From a virus: 64,000 nucleotides of DNA. The notes below the pieces were generated by a model that did not search any database, was not told where the DNA came from, and was given only the letters and a program-made list of their open reading frames with translations. A program made the position numbers and the translations under genes. Shown piece after piece: positions 20,731 to 31,019 of the stretch (the stretch's first letter is position 1; each line of letters begins with the position of its first letter). Location: positions 1 to 64,000 of the IMG/VR virus record IMGVR_UViG_3300027631_000014; one strand, written 5' to 3'.

Positions 20731-21654
20731 ATGTCACAACAAACAAAAAATCAACTAACTGTACTTTTAAATACTAATATTACTGATGCTTTAAATAAGC
20801 AAAATACCGCATCAAAAGTAAGACAAGTTATTCAAAGTACTATCGATAGTTTAGGAATACTATCTGGATCAAATTCATTTGTAGGTGATCAAACAATAAC
20901 TGGATCATTAATTGTAAATGGAAATATTATAGAGACACCGTTTTTAAATAATGAGACTAATAATGTTAATTTTATCAGAGCAACTCAAAATATTATCAAT
21001 CATGGAGATTTATTAATACCATTAAATTGTACTTTCATTATAGAAGAAAATGCCCAATATCTTATATTAGGTGAATTAATTAATAATGGAACTGTTATAG
21101 TTAGTGGAAGTTTAATAGCTAACCAAGGAATAACAGGACCAGGTTCGGTAGTAGGTCCTGGAGTTGTTTCAAATAATAACACAATAATAACATTTGATAA
21201 AGCAAATCAAGCTTATGGATTTCCTCAATTAAATAATACAGGATACAGTAATTTAGGATTTAAAAATAATACTGCAAATTTACTTTCAAACTATTCAACA
21301 GTAGCAACTCGCTTAGATGGTCAACAATCCGTTTATTCAATAGATACAACAGGATGGGATGCTAATACACAATATTTACATTACTACTTACCAGAAGGAC
21401 AATACGAAGGACAATCAGTAGAATTAATAGTGACAGGTAATGGGGTTAATTTAGGTATTGGAAACTCAGCCAAAATACAAATATGGATAGATAGTATCCG
21501 TAAGCCAGAATACTATGGACAATTATCAGGAGGACCAGGAGGATGGCAAGCGTTTTCAGATCCTAATGTGCTTGGTAATTGGAGAAAAGATGTTCCAAGA
21601 GCAATTTGGATGAATAATGCATGGACAATTGACAATGACTTTTACTGGGATTAA
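20731..21654 (+). CDS. Hypothetical virion protein
   Basis: 307 aa, SGSN-F-GDQ-ITGSL fibre-type motif; late motif at 20695. Confidence 0.55.
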   Translation: MSQQTKNQLTVLLNTNITDALNKQNTASKVRQVIQSTIDSLGILSGSNSFVGDQTITGSLIVNGNIIETPFLNNETNNVNFIRATQNIINHGDLLIPLNCTFIIEENAQYLILGELINNGTVIVSGSLIANQGITGPGSVVGPGVVSNNNTIITFDKANQAYGFPQLNNTGYSNLGFKNNTANLLSNYSTVATRLDGQQSVYSIDTTGWDANTQYLHYYLPEGQYEGQSVELIVTGNGVNLGIGNSAKIQIWIDSIRKPEYYGQLSGGPGGWQAFSDPNVLGNWRKDVPRAIWMNNAWTIDNDFYWD

Positions 21655-21703
21655 TTAAAACAAAAATAACTAATATTTATAATAAACAAAAACTAAAAAC
21701 AAA

Positions 21704-22630
21704 ATGCCAACTTATATTGAACTTCAACAAAACGGACCGATTCCTACTTCATCACCAGTAGGAACTGTAATTTTATCAGTAAATCAAGGTCAACTTACAC
21801 TTACAGATAATAATGGAATAAATCCATCACAATCATTATATACAACAACTGTAAGAGGACTTTATCCAAGTGCTTCTTTAACAGAGGTGTGGGGTACATA
21901 TACTGTAAATTATATTAAACAAAAAAGTGGTTACCCATCAAATGATGTATTACATGCTGTAGCAATTTGCTCTGATGATGTAGATGCATTTACAGCTACA
22001 GGAAATTTAGGACAATATCCATTATCTATGCAGTCTTTTCTAGGACCATTTATGGCAGGTGGATTAGCAGGATATCCATTTGTAGGATCAGTTGGATTTG
22101 GAGCTTATGCTTCACATATCACCGATACAGGAACGTTATTTGTATCTTGTACACCACACATAGGAGTTACTTTTACTGGATCTGCAGGATATCAATTCCG
22201 TAAAGGTCAAGCAGCTATATCTACAAACTGTGGAGCAGTTCATGGAGCAGTAGGATTAGTTACAACTGATCCAAATCCACCATCACAATCAAATGCTCCA
22301 TATGATAATGAAAATTATGAATTGTGGAAATTAGCAGATATAATTTATCCATATTCCGCTTCACTTAGTGGTTCAATTAGTGAAAATGTAATGGTGGCTA
22401 CAGACATAATAAGAGAAGCAGGATGGGATTATGTTGTAAACAATTCAAGTTCATTTTTTAGTTCACTTGCAGGTAGAACAATGTATGCAATGAGTGGTAT
22501 CTTTATTAATACAGATTATCAATTTCAAGCATATACTGATGTAACATATTTTGCATCATATAATTCATTAACAGACACTTGGACAGATCTTACACAAGAT
22601 TATAAAGATGGTTTATTTGCTCAAGGATAA
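21704..22630 (+). CDS. LCIB/LCIC-type beta-carbonic anhydrase domain protein
   Basis: ICSDD, PFMAGGLAGYPFVG, AYASH, PHIGV, RKGQ, STNCGA: Cys/His/Cys Zn ligands in the order of the LCIB_C family. Confidence 0.75.
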   Translation: MPTYIELQQNGPIPTSSPVGTVILSVNQGQLTLTDNNGINPSQSLYTTTVRGLYPSASLTEVWGTYTVNYIKQKSGYPSNDVLHAVAICSDDVDAFTATGNLGQYPLSMQSFLGPFMAGGLAGYPFVGSVGFGAYASHITDTGTLFVSCTPHIGVTFTGSAGYQFRKGQAAISTNCGAVHGAVGLVTTDPNPPSQSNAPYDNENYELWKLADIIYPYSASLSGSISENVMVATDIIREAGWDYVVNNSSSFFSSLAGRTMYAMSGIFINTDYQFQAYTDVTYFASYNSLTDTWTDLTQDYKDGLFAQG

Positions 22631-22652
22631 TTAAAAAACAAAAATAAAATTT

Positions 22653-22901
22653 ATGACAACAAAAGTTTTGACACAAGAAGAATTACAATTATTAAAATCA
22701 ATTCAAGAAAAACGCCTTCAATTAACTGAACAATTTGGTATTATTGAATTAAGATTTCAAGAACTTGAATTACAAAAAGAATTTCTTAAAGAAGAATTAA
22801 AAAAGTTACGAAAAGAAGAAACTAACATCGGCGAAACTTTACAACAAAAATATGGTGATGGAACAATCAACCTTGAAAAAGGAGAATTTATAGGCGTCTA
22901 A
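22653..22901 (+). CDS. Small coiled-coil protein
   Basis: 82 aa heptad pattern ending KYGDGTINLEKGEF. Confidence 0.7.
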   Translation: MTTKVLTQEELQLLKSIQEKRLQLTEQFGIIELRFQELELQKEFLKEELKKLRKEETNIGETLQQKYGDGTINLEKGEFIGV

Positions 22902-22953
22902 TATTTTTAATGTGTTTTGCTATATTTATAATAAAATTAAATAAACAAACACA

Positions 22954-24684
22954 ATGGCAGAAACTTTAATATCACCCGGCGTCTTAGCAAGAGAGAACGA
23001 TTCATCTTTTGTATCTAAAAGACCGGTTACAGTAGGAGCAGCAATTATAGGACCAACAGTAAAAGGCCCAGTAGAAGTTCCAACAGTAGTAACTACGTAC
23101 AATGAGTATGTTAATAAATTTGGTACCACTTTTGTAAGTGGAAGCACAAATGATAGCCAAACATATACATTTCTTACTTCAATTGCTGCATACAATTACT
23201 TTATTAATGGAGGTCAATCCTTATTAGTGGCAAGAGTAGTATCTGGATCTTATACAGCGGCTACTAGTTCAGCTGCAACAAATTACTTTACTTCATCTTC
23301 TTTTACATTACAAACGCTTTCTGAAGGTGCTTTAATGAATAGTAGTTGTACCGAAGTTAGTGGTGCATTATTAGCAAGTGGATCTAAAGACAACGTAAGA
23401 TGGCAAATTGTAAATTCAAATACTTCATCAGGAACATTTGATTTATTAATTAGAAGAGGTGATGACAATTTATTACAACCTGTTATTTTAGAAACATGGA
23501 CTGGATTAAATTTAGATCCTAATTCAAATAACTACATTTCTCGTGTAATTGGAGATACAGTTGAAAATTATGTAGCAGGAAACAATTATGATATTAATCA
23601 AATTGAATATTCTGGTTCATATGCTAATAGATCAAATTATGTAACTGTAAAACAAGTAATTTATACAACTCCAAATTTCTTAGATAATAATGGAGTAGCA
23701 AAATCACAGTTTACAGGTTCTATTCCTACGAATGCAAGTGGTGCTTTTGGTGGTGCAGTTGGTATTATTAAAGGTGGAGCTAATTTTTATGATAAAATTG
23801 ACGAATCTACAAATTCACAAGGATTAGTAGCAGATAATTATGACAACATGATTAATTTGTTAGCTAATACTGATGACTATAAATTTAATGTATTATTAAC
23901 ACCTGGTTTATATGATCAAGGAAATTTCGCAGGTAAAGTAAGTACTATTATTGCAAATACTCAAAATAGAGGAGACAATATTTATGTATTAGACCCAGTA
24001 GGATATAGTGTTAGTACTATATCAAGTGTAGTATCTGCAGCCGCAACAAGAAATACTTCATATGCAGCAGAATATTGGCCTTGGTGTCAAGTTGTTGAAC
24101 CTAGTACAGGTGATAACGTATGGGTTCCAGCTTCAACAGTAATAGCAGGTGTTTACGCTTACAACGATACAGTAGCAGAACCTTGGTTCGCACCAGCAGG
24201 TATTAATCGTGGTGGTTTATCTACAGTGATTAGAGCTAAATTAAAATTATCTCAAACTCAACGTGATACTTTATACACAGGAAAATTAAATCCAATCGCT
24301 ACATTCCCTGGAACAGGTGTTGTAGTATATGGTCAGAAAACATTACAAACAGCAGCATCAGCTCTTGATCGTGTAAATGTTAGAAGATTATTAATTGCTT
24401 TAAAATCATATATTTCTCAAGTAGCAAATAATTTAGTATTTGAACAAAATACAATTGCTACAAGAAATCAATTCTTATCACAAGTGAACCCATATTTAAC
24501 AAGTGTTCAACAAAGACAAGGATTATATGCATTTAAAGTAGTAATGGATGATACAAACAATACTCCAGATGTAATTGATCGTAATGAATTAAGAGGTCAA
24601 ATTTACTTACAGCCTACTAAAACAGCTGAATTTATTTACTTAGATTTCAACGTTACACCAACTGGAGCTAGCTTCCCAGCATAA
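22954..24684 (+). CDS. Tail sheath protein (gp18-like)
   Basis: SPGV--REND, GPTVKGP, YWPW, PWFAPAG-NRG, NPI, GQKT, RVNVRRL, FEQN. Confidence 0.95.
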   Translation: MAETLISPGVLARENDSSFVSKRPVTVGAAIIGPTVKGPVEVPTVVTTYNEYVNKFGTTFVSGSTNDSQTYTFLTSIAAYNYFINGGQSLLVARVVSGSYTAATSSAATNYFTSSSFTLQTLSEGALMNSSCTEVSGALLASGSKDNVRWQIVNSNTSSGTFDLLIRRGDDNLLQPVILETWTGLNLDPNSNNYISRVIGDTVENYVAGNNYDINQIEYSGSYANRSNYVTVKQVIYTTPNFLDNNGVAKSQFTGSIPTNASGAFGGAVGIIKGGANFYDKIDESTNSQGLVADNYDNMINLLANTDDYKFNVLLTPGLYDQGNFAGKVSTIIANTQNRGDNIYVLDPVGYSVSTISSVVSAAATRNTSYAAEYWPWCQVVEPSTGDNVWVPASTVIAGVYAYNDTVAEPWFAPAGINRGGLSTVIRAKLKLSQTQRDTLYTGKLNPIATFPGTGVVVYGQKTLQTAASALDRVNVRRLLIALKSYISQVANNLVFEQNTIATRNQFLSQVNPYLTSVQQRQGLYAFKVVMDDTNNTPDVIDRNELRGQIYLQPTKTAEFIYLDFNVTPTGASFPA

Positions 24685-24694
24685 TAAAAAATAA

Positions 24695-24727
24695 ATATCT
24701 TCCCTCTGAAAAATGAGGGGAGATTTT
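24695..24727 (+). terminator. Hairpin/terminator between sheath and tube
   Basis: ATCTTCCCTC/GAGGGGAGAT stem then TTTT. Confidence 0.6.
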
Positions 24728-24767
24728 AAAAACACACATATTTATAATAAAATAAAACAAAAATAAA

Positions 24768-25256
24768 ATGGCAATATTAGACCCAAACGAAATATTTTTC
24801 ACAGCATTTGAACCGAAAGTAAAAAATCGATTCATTATGTATGTTGATGGTATTCCTTCATACACAATTAAGAAAATTGGTGCTGTAGGAGTAACAATGG
24901 ACGAAATTAAATTAAATCACATTAATGTTTACCGTAAAATTAAAGGTAAAGCACAGTGGGATGATATCGAAATGACTTTATTTGATCCTATCACACCATC
25001 AGGTGCTCAAGCTGTAATGGAATGGGTACGTTTACATCATGAATCAGTTACTGGTCGTGATGGTTACTCAGATTTTTATAAGAAAGATGTAACTATTAAC
25101 GTATTAGGCCCTGTAGGTGATATCGTATCAGAATGGATTATTAAAGGTGCGTTTATTAAATCTGCTAAATTTGGTGATTACAGTTGGGATGATGAAAATG
25201 CAGCTCAAGAATTATCAGTAAATTTAGGAATGGATTATTGTATCTTGAATTTCTAA
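24768..25256 (+). CDS. Tail tube protein (gp19-like)
   Basis: EPK--NRF, GK--W, W---H---TG, YKKD, W-IKGAF; follows the sheath. Confidence 0.9.
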   Translation: MAILDPNEIFFTAFEPKVKNRFIMYVDGIPSYTIKKIGAVGVTMDEIKLNHINVYRKIKGKAQWDDIEMTLFDPITPSGAQAVMEWVRLHHESVTGRDGYSDFYKKDVTINVLGPVGDIVSEWIIKGAFIKSAKFGDYSWDDENAAQELSVNLGMDYCILNF

Positions 25257-25277
25257 AATTAATAAAAAACAATTTAA

Positions 25278-25312
25278 AAGAACTCACCTTAAACTTGGTG
25301 AGTTCCTTTTTT
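25278..25312 (+). terminator. Intrinsic terminator overlapping a TTGG-N19-TATATGTA promoter
   Basis: GAACTCACC/GGTGAGTTC stem and T tail; TTGG 25295, TATATGTA 25318. Confidence 0.8.
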
Positions 25313-25355
25313 GTTCGTATATGTATATCAAAACAAGTTACATTAAATAAAAGCT

Positions 25356-26075
25356 ATGGAAAAAAACATCCCAACAGAAATTATCGATTTACCTTCAAAA
25401 GGCTTATTGTACTCACCAGAAAATCCATTATCAAGTGGTCAAATTGAAATGTGTTACATGACCGCAAAACATGAAGATATTTTAACTAATCAATCCTATA
25501 TATCAAAAGGAACAGTATTAGATAAATTATTACAAGCATTGATAGTATCTAAAATTAATTATAACGATTTAGTTACGGGTGATAAAAATGCTATTATGGT
25601 AGCTGCTCGTATTTTAGGTTATGGTAAAGATTATACATTTAATTATGATGGTAACGAATATACAGTTGACTTAACAACAATTGATAATAAACCATTTGAA
25701 CATGCTAATAAAGGTGTTAATGAATTCAATTATACTTTACCGTCTACTAACACAAACATCACTTATAAAATCTTAACTCATGGAGATGAACAAAAGGTAC
25801 AAGCCGAATTAGACGGCCTTAAAAAAATTAATGCTAATTCGTCTCCAGAACTTTCCACACGTTTAAAATACCTTATTACATCAGTAAATGAAGATCGAGA
25901 AACAAAAACAATTCGAGAATTCGTTGACAATCATTTGCTAGCTCGAGATTCGAGAGAATTAAGAAAGCACGTTAAAGAAAACCAACCAGATGTTGATTTA
26001 ACTTTTTTTCCCACCAGTGATTCAAATAGAGTCGATATACCAGTTGGGATTAAGTTTTTTTGGCCTGACTTCTAG
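25356..26075 (+). CDS. Tail assembly chaperone / baseplate hub assembly protein (gp26-like)
   Basis: LPSKG-Y, MTAK-EDIL, second LPS repeat, FFWP end; between tube and tape measure. Confidence 0.75.
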   Translation: MEKNIPTEIIDLPSKGLLYSPENPLSSGQIEMCYMTAKHEDILTNQSYISKGTVLDKLLQALIVSKINYNDLVTGDKNAIMVAARILGYGKDYTFNYDGNEYTVDLTTIDNKPFEHANKGVNEFNYTLPSTNTNITYKILTHGDEQKVQAELDGLKKINANSSPELSTRLKYLITSVNEDRETKTIREFVDNHLLARDSRELRKHVKENQPDVDLTFFPTSDSNRVDIPVGIKFFWPDF

Positions 26076-26376
26076 TACTGCAGCAATCTCTCGCGCTAAT
26101 TTATTTACTCAAATTCATGAAATTTGTTTTCATGGTAAGGGTGGATATGATTGGAATACAATCTATGAAATGCCTCGTTGGCTTCGTTTATTTACTTTTA
26201 ATAAGATTAAAGAATTTTATGATAAAGAAAATGAAGCAACAGAAAATGCTTCCTCAAAAGGTGGTGGAAATAAATCTACACTAATAGATCCTTCAGGTAA
26301 TGTAAATCGTGAAAATTGGAAAGGTGTACCTCAAAAGGTTACACCTGGAGCAAAATCTAAAACTTCCTACAAATAG
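26055..26376 (+). CDS. Frameshift extension of the tail chaperone (gpGT-like)
   Basis: +1 frame overlaps the T7 run at 26055-26061; no good ATG; IYEMPRWLR motif. Confidence 0.65.
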
Positions 26377-26408
26377 TTAATATTTATAGTAAATAAATAC
26401 CTTACAGA

Positions 26409-28862
26409 ATGGCTACCCCTCAGGATGAAATAAATGCTTTAAAAGCAAAAATTGAACAACAGCTTAAATCTAATGCACTTTCTGCTCAGCAAGTAGCAAA
26501 CCAAACAGCATCATATAATGCTATATCAGGATCAGTTAATGAATTAGAAAGATATAGAACTCTTTTTAAAGATATTAGTGTTATTATTGATGATGTTGCC
26601 GATAGTTTAGATTTTATGACTAAATCATTTATGGCAGATGTAGCTCATTTAACTAAGGGTAAATCTCTTTTAAATGATCATAAATCAGCTATGAGTAAAT
26701 TAGCTAATATAGCTAAAGAAACATTAGATGTAAGATTAGGAGAACAAGCTATTGATGAAAAGAGATTTAAAAAACTTCAAGAACAAGCTAGAAAACAAAT
26801 AGATATTTTAAAATCTGTTAGAGATCAATATATAACAGAAGGAAAAAATACAAGTGAAATACAAGCTCAAATTGATACTACTGAAAATTTATATAAAGGT
26901 TTTTCAAAAGTAGAAGAAATTAATAAAAAACTCAATAAACAATTAGGAGCTGCTCCAAAATTAGTAGCAGGTATAGATAAAGCATTTCAAAAACTGGGCC
27001 TCCCAGATTTGGGCTTTAGTACAGCTTTAGATGAAACAAAACAATTAGGTCAAGAGGCTGCGGCACAAGGAGATGAGGCTTTTAAGAAATTTTCCCCAAT
27101 GAAAACCCTTACCGGAAAAATATGGGATAATTTTAAAGGAATGTTTACTACTGCCAATATTTTACAAGCAAGTATTGGACTTTTTATTGAAGCTCTTATT
27201 ACTGGAGATAAAGCCACTGGTGATTTAGCTAAAACATTTAATATAACATATGATTCTGCGACTAACATAAGAGAAGAACTTATAGAAATAGGCAACATCT
27301 CAGGTAATGTAGCTTTAAATGCTAGAGCATTACAAGAATCAATGGTTGCTATAGGTGTAGCTTTAGGTTCAAATGCTAAATTAAATAAAGAAGATTTAAT
27401 AACATTTACTGAATTAAGAGAAATGGCCGGGTACACTAATGAAGAATTAGTAGGTATTCAAAAACTAACATTAGCAACCGGAGGTAATTTAAAAGATAAT
27501 GTAAAACAGTTTTTAGGAACAGTATCTGCTTTAAATGCTCAAAATAAATTAACTGTAAATGAAAAACAATTATTAAAAGAAGTATCAAACACGTCAGCAG
27601 CTATTAAATTGTCAGTTGGTGGAACAACTAAAGGCCTAGCAGAAGCGGCATTTCAAGCAAAACAATTTGGTATTAATTTACAACAAGCTGATCAAATAGC
27701 TGAAAAATTATTAGACTTTGAATCTTCAATTACAAATGAATTATCAGCAGAATTAATTACTGGTAAAAATTTAAATTTAGAAAAAGCAAGATTATTAGCA
27801 TTAAATAATGATATAGCAGGTGCATCTGCAGAAATATTAAAACAAGTAGGAGGTACAGCTGAATTTACTAAAATGAATCGTATTCAACAAGAAGCTTTAG
27901 CAAAAGCAGTTAATATGAGTAGAGAAGATTTAGCAGCTTCATTAGTTGAAAGAGAAGCATTAAGTAAATTAGGAGTAAAAGACGCAGCAGCAGCAAAAGT
28001 AAAATTTGACTTATTAGTTAAAGAAAAAGGATATGCAGCTGCAGTAGCAGAATTGGGTGATGATCAATATGCTAATCAATTAAAACAACAATCTATTCAA
28101 GAAAGATTTAATCAATCAGTTGAAAAATTAAAAGAAATATTTATTTCAATAGCAGAACCTGTACTTAAAATTGTTTCCCCATTAGTAGATTTAGTAACAA
28201 ATGTATTACCATTAATAAATTTTATTTTAACCCCAGCATTAGCTACTATTACGTATATAGGAGACAGCATTTCAGGATGGCTTACAATGTTTGATGGAGG
28301 TTTAAATAAATTAACTACAATGCAAAAAATTGTAGGATTTATTGGGACTGCTATTATAGCATGGAAAGCAGGAATGGTAGCATATAATGCGTATCAAGCA
28401 GTAGCAGCAGCTTTAACTGCATCTACTGCCGCAGGAGCTATGTCTACAGCTGCTGCTTTAACTTTGGGTTTAGGTTTAGCTACTATAATAGGAGGTATAA
28501 TTATAGGGGTAGGAGCTATAAAATCCGCATCCAAAGACGCAGCAAGTGGAGCTGCCCAAGTACGTGATGGTGAAATTAATTCTAATGGAGGATTAGTAGT
28601 ATCTAAATTTGAAAAGGGACAACTACAACCTGTAGCTCAAGGTATTAAAGAAGATAATGTTATATTTACTACAAATAAAGTTAAACAAAATAATTCTACT
28701 TCACAAAATTCACAACAAGACTTATCTCCACTTTTAGAAGAAATGAGAGCATTACGACAAGAGCAATCTAGATCAAACAGTAAGCCAATAATAGTAGATA
28801 GCTACACAGACAGTACTAAAACTGGAACGGCTACTGCAATGAGAAAAGTAAAAATTCAATAA
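26409..28862 (+). CDS. Tape measure protein
   Basis: 817 aa, helical A/K/L-rich, hydrophobic C-terminal segments; follows the chaperone. Confidence 0.8.
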   Translation: MATPQDEINALKAKIEQQLKSNALSAQQVANQTASYNAISGSVNELERYRTLFKDISVIIDDVADSLDFMTKSFMADVAHLTKGKSLLNDHKSAMSKLANIAKETLDVRLGEQAIDEKRFKKLQEQARKQIDILKSVRDQYITEGKNTSEIQAQIDTTENLYKGFSKVEEINKKLNKQLGAAPKLVAGIDKAFQKLGLPDLGFSTALDETKQLGQEAAAQGDEAFKKFSPMKTLTGKIWDNFKGMFTTANILQASIGLFIEALITGDKATGDLAKTFNITYDSATNIREELIEIGNISGNVALNARALQESMVAIGVALGSNAKLNKEDLITFTELREMAGYTNEELVGIQKLTLATGGNLKDNVKQFLGTVSALNAQNKLTVNEKQLLKEVSNTSAAIKLSVGGTTKGLAEAAFQAKQFGINLQQADQIAEKLLDFESSITNELSAELITGKNLNLEKARLLALNNDIAGASAEILKQVGGTAEFTKMNRIQQEALAKAVNMSREDLAASLVEREALSKLGVKDAAAAKVKFDLLVKEKGYAAAVAELGDDQYANQLKQQSIQERFNQSVEKLKEIFISIAEPVLKIVSPLVDLVTNVLPLINFILTPALATITYIGDSISGWLTMFDGGLNKLTTMQKIVGFIGTAIIAWKAGMVAYNAYQAVAAALTASTAAGAMSTAAALTLGLGLATIIGGIIIGVGAIKSASKDAASGAAQVRDGEINSNGGLVVSKFEKGQLQPVAQGIKEDNVIFTTNKVKQNNSTSQNSQQDLSPLLEEMRALRQEQSRSNSKPIIVDSYTDSTKTGTATAMRKVKIQ

Positions 28863-28896
28863 TTATAATATTTATAAATAAATAAAAACATAACAC

Positions 28897-29169
28897 ATGG
28901 GACTTTTAGATAAATTAACAACAGCAGGCTCACCATATTCATATGGTAGTGGTACAACTCCAACCGTAAATCCAGGAGCAACACAACAATCAAAACTACA
29001 TACTGATGGTAACCAACCAGGATATTCAATTAATGGATCTGGTTTTTCAACAGTAAATGCTGCATTTCAAGCGTATAACGATGGTGTAAACAATATTTTA
29101 CCTCAACCGTCACAACTAGACTTAAGTGGAGTTACACCAGTACAATACACCGATAACCTACCAGGGTAA
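28897..29169 (+). CDS. Small virion protein
   Basis: 90 aa, late motif at 28868, stop overlaps the next start. Confidence 0.6.
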   Translation: MGLLDKLTTAGSPYSYGSGTTPTVNPGATQQSKLHTDGNQPGYSINGSGFSTVNAAFQAYNDGVNNILPQPSQLDLSGVTPVQYTDNLPG

Positions 29170-31019
29170 TGGCTCTTATAAATCTTCAAACTGATCTTAA
29201 ATCTCTTAAGTTTGGTCATGATAGAATTGGTGGGGGTTCTTCAAATCAACCCTACATCACCTCTCCTATCCCTGACAAAATAGGAGAGTATGGCTTTTTA
29301 AACACCGACTTTATATTAAGGGGTGGAAGTAAAGCTATAACTAACTCTCTTACAGATGTTGCGAGATTAGGAAAGTATTTTACTGATGTAAGAAATCCAA
29401 GTGGACTTTTATTTGTTGCCAAACAAAATTTACTTTCTAGAACAGCAGTTCGTACTCAAGCTAGTGGTAAATTATTAAATGAAGGAGTATATACTCCCTT
29501 AAGTACATTAATTGAAGCAGGAGGTGTAGCATTTGGTTTACATGTTAACAAGCAAGGTTTAAATCCATTTGGTGGAATTGGAGGAATAAATACATATTCT
29601 GATTTAATTAATCCTAATTTAGGATTTGTAACTTCTATTAAAAATGTAAATGTAAATAGATTAGTTAGTTTTTATAATTTAAACATAAAACAACTTAATT
29701 TAGACCCAATTTTATACCAGTATGGTGGTGGACCTGGATCTGTACTTGGAATAGGTAAAACAATTATAAGAAAAGCTACTAATACTAATGAAGGATTACA
29801 AATATCCTTCCCACAGGCCTCAGATAATCAAGTAAAAATATCTAATTCAAAAATAAATTCAAATTTAACTAGACATGTTAGAGTTAGTGAAAAATATGAA
29901 TTTTATATAGATAGTTCATTCGACCCCCTTTTAGATAATGGTTTCTCAGATGATGGTAAATTAATCAGAATATTTGGTCCTTTAGATAATAATCAAACTT
30001 TCTCTACTAACCCAGATTTATTCAAATCAGATGATGTTCTTACTTATAATCAAGAACAATTAGTTAATATCCCTACAGATCCTAATAGTGCAGTAAGTGG
30101 AAGTTCATTTTATGTAGGTGACGGATCAAAAGGAGCTACAACCACTCCAGGTGACTTTAGAGTTTTATTAAGAAAGAACTTAACTGATAATCAAAAAATT
30201 GAACAAAGAAAAATAGGAAATTTAGTAGAGGCTCCTGATTATACTACTAAAAATATTGAAACAAGAGTAAATTTAGGAGACCCAGGAAATAGAAACGGAA
30301 AAAATTTAACATCATATACTCTAGGTTCAGCAGGACAAAATGGGGCGGCATCCCCAGACTCATATGATAAAATAACTGTACAACCAATATATTCATCATC
30401 CAAACCAGATTTTACTGGTAAAGATACAAACGATTTAGTAAAATTTGCAATTACTGTTGTAGATAATGACGATCAATCAAAAAACACCAACATTCATTTT
30501 AGAGCATTTTTGAATACAATATCAGATCAATATTCCGCTGATTGGAATCCAACAAAATATTTAGGAAGAGGTGAAAACTTCTATACTTACGGTGGATTTG
30601 ACAGAAAAGTTTCATTATCTTGGACTGTAGCTGCTCAATCCAAAAAAGAACTTATTCCAATGTATAAAAAATTAAATTACTTAGCATCAGTTTGTGCTCC
30701 AGATTATAGTGAACAGGGATATATGAGAGGAAATTTAGTTAAATTAACTATTGGAGGATATTTTTATGAACAGTATGGTATTATAACTGGATTAAGTTAT
30801 GAAATGAATGATGATAGTGCTACTTGGGAAATAGGAATTAATGATAGTTTTGATAACTTTAATAGTGACCCGTCAGTAAAAGAACTACCACATTTAATTA
30901 AGGTATCTTCATTTAACTTTATTCCAATTCATGATTTTGTACCAAGAAAAGTTCGAGCTTTAACAAATACAACTGAAAGATTTATAGCGTTAGAAGCAAA
31001 TGGACAAAATAATTACTAA
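29169..31019 (+). CDS. Baseplate/tail-tube initiator-like protein
   Basis: C-terminal FRAF, W----Y-GRGE-FY-Y-GFDR, LTIG pattern of tube-initiator folds. Confidence 0.6.
   Translation: MALINLQTDLKSLKFGHDRIGGGSSNQPYITSPIPDKIGEYGFLNTDFILRGGSKAITNSLTDVARLGKYFTDVRNPSGLLFVAKQNLLSRTAVRTQASGKLLNEGVYTPLSTLIEAGGVAFGLHVNKQGLNPFGGIGGINTYSDLINPNLGFVTSIKNVNVNRLVSFYNLNIKQLNLDPILYQYGGGPGSVLGIGKTIIRKATNTNEGLQISFPQASDNQVKISNSKINSNLTRHVRVSEKYEFYIDSSFDPLLDNGFSDDGKLIRIFGPLDNNQTFSTNPDLFKSDDVLTYNQEQLVNIPTDPNSAVSGSSFYVGDGSKGATTTPGDFRVLLRKNLTDNQKIEQRKIGNLVEAPDYTTKNIETRVNLGDPGNRNGKNLTSYTLGSAGQNGAASPDSYDKITVQPIYSSSKPDFTGKDTNDLVKFAITVVDNDDQSKNTNIHFRAFLNTISDQYSADWNPTKYLGRGENFYTYGGFDRKVSLSWTVAAQSKKELIPMYKKLNYLASVCAPDYSEQGYMRGNLVKLTIGGYFYEQYGIITGLSYEMNDDSATWEIGINDSFDNFNSDPSVKELPHLIKVSSFNFIPIHDFVPRKVRALTNTTERFIALEANGQNNY

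Noticed and set aside
1124-25447. Short alternative-frame + strand ORFs (1124, 13902, 25238)
   Set aside because: Nested in or overlapping stronger genes or a terminator; no recognisable motifs.
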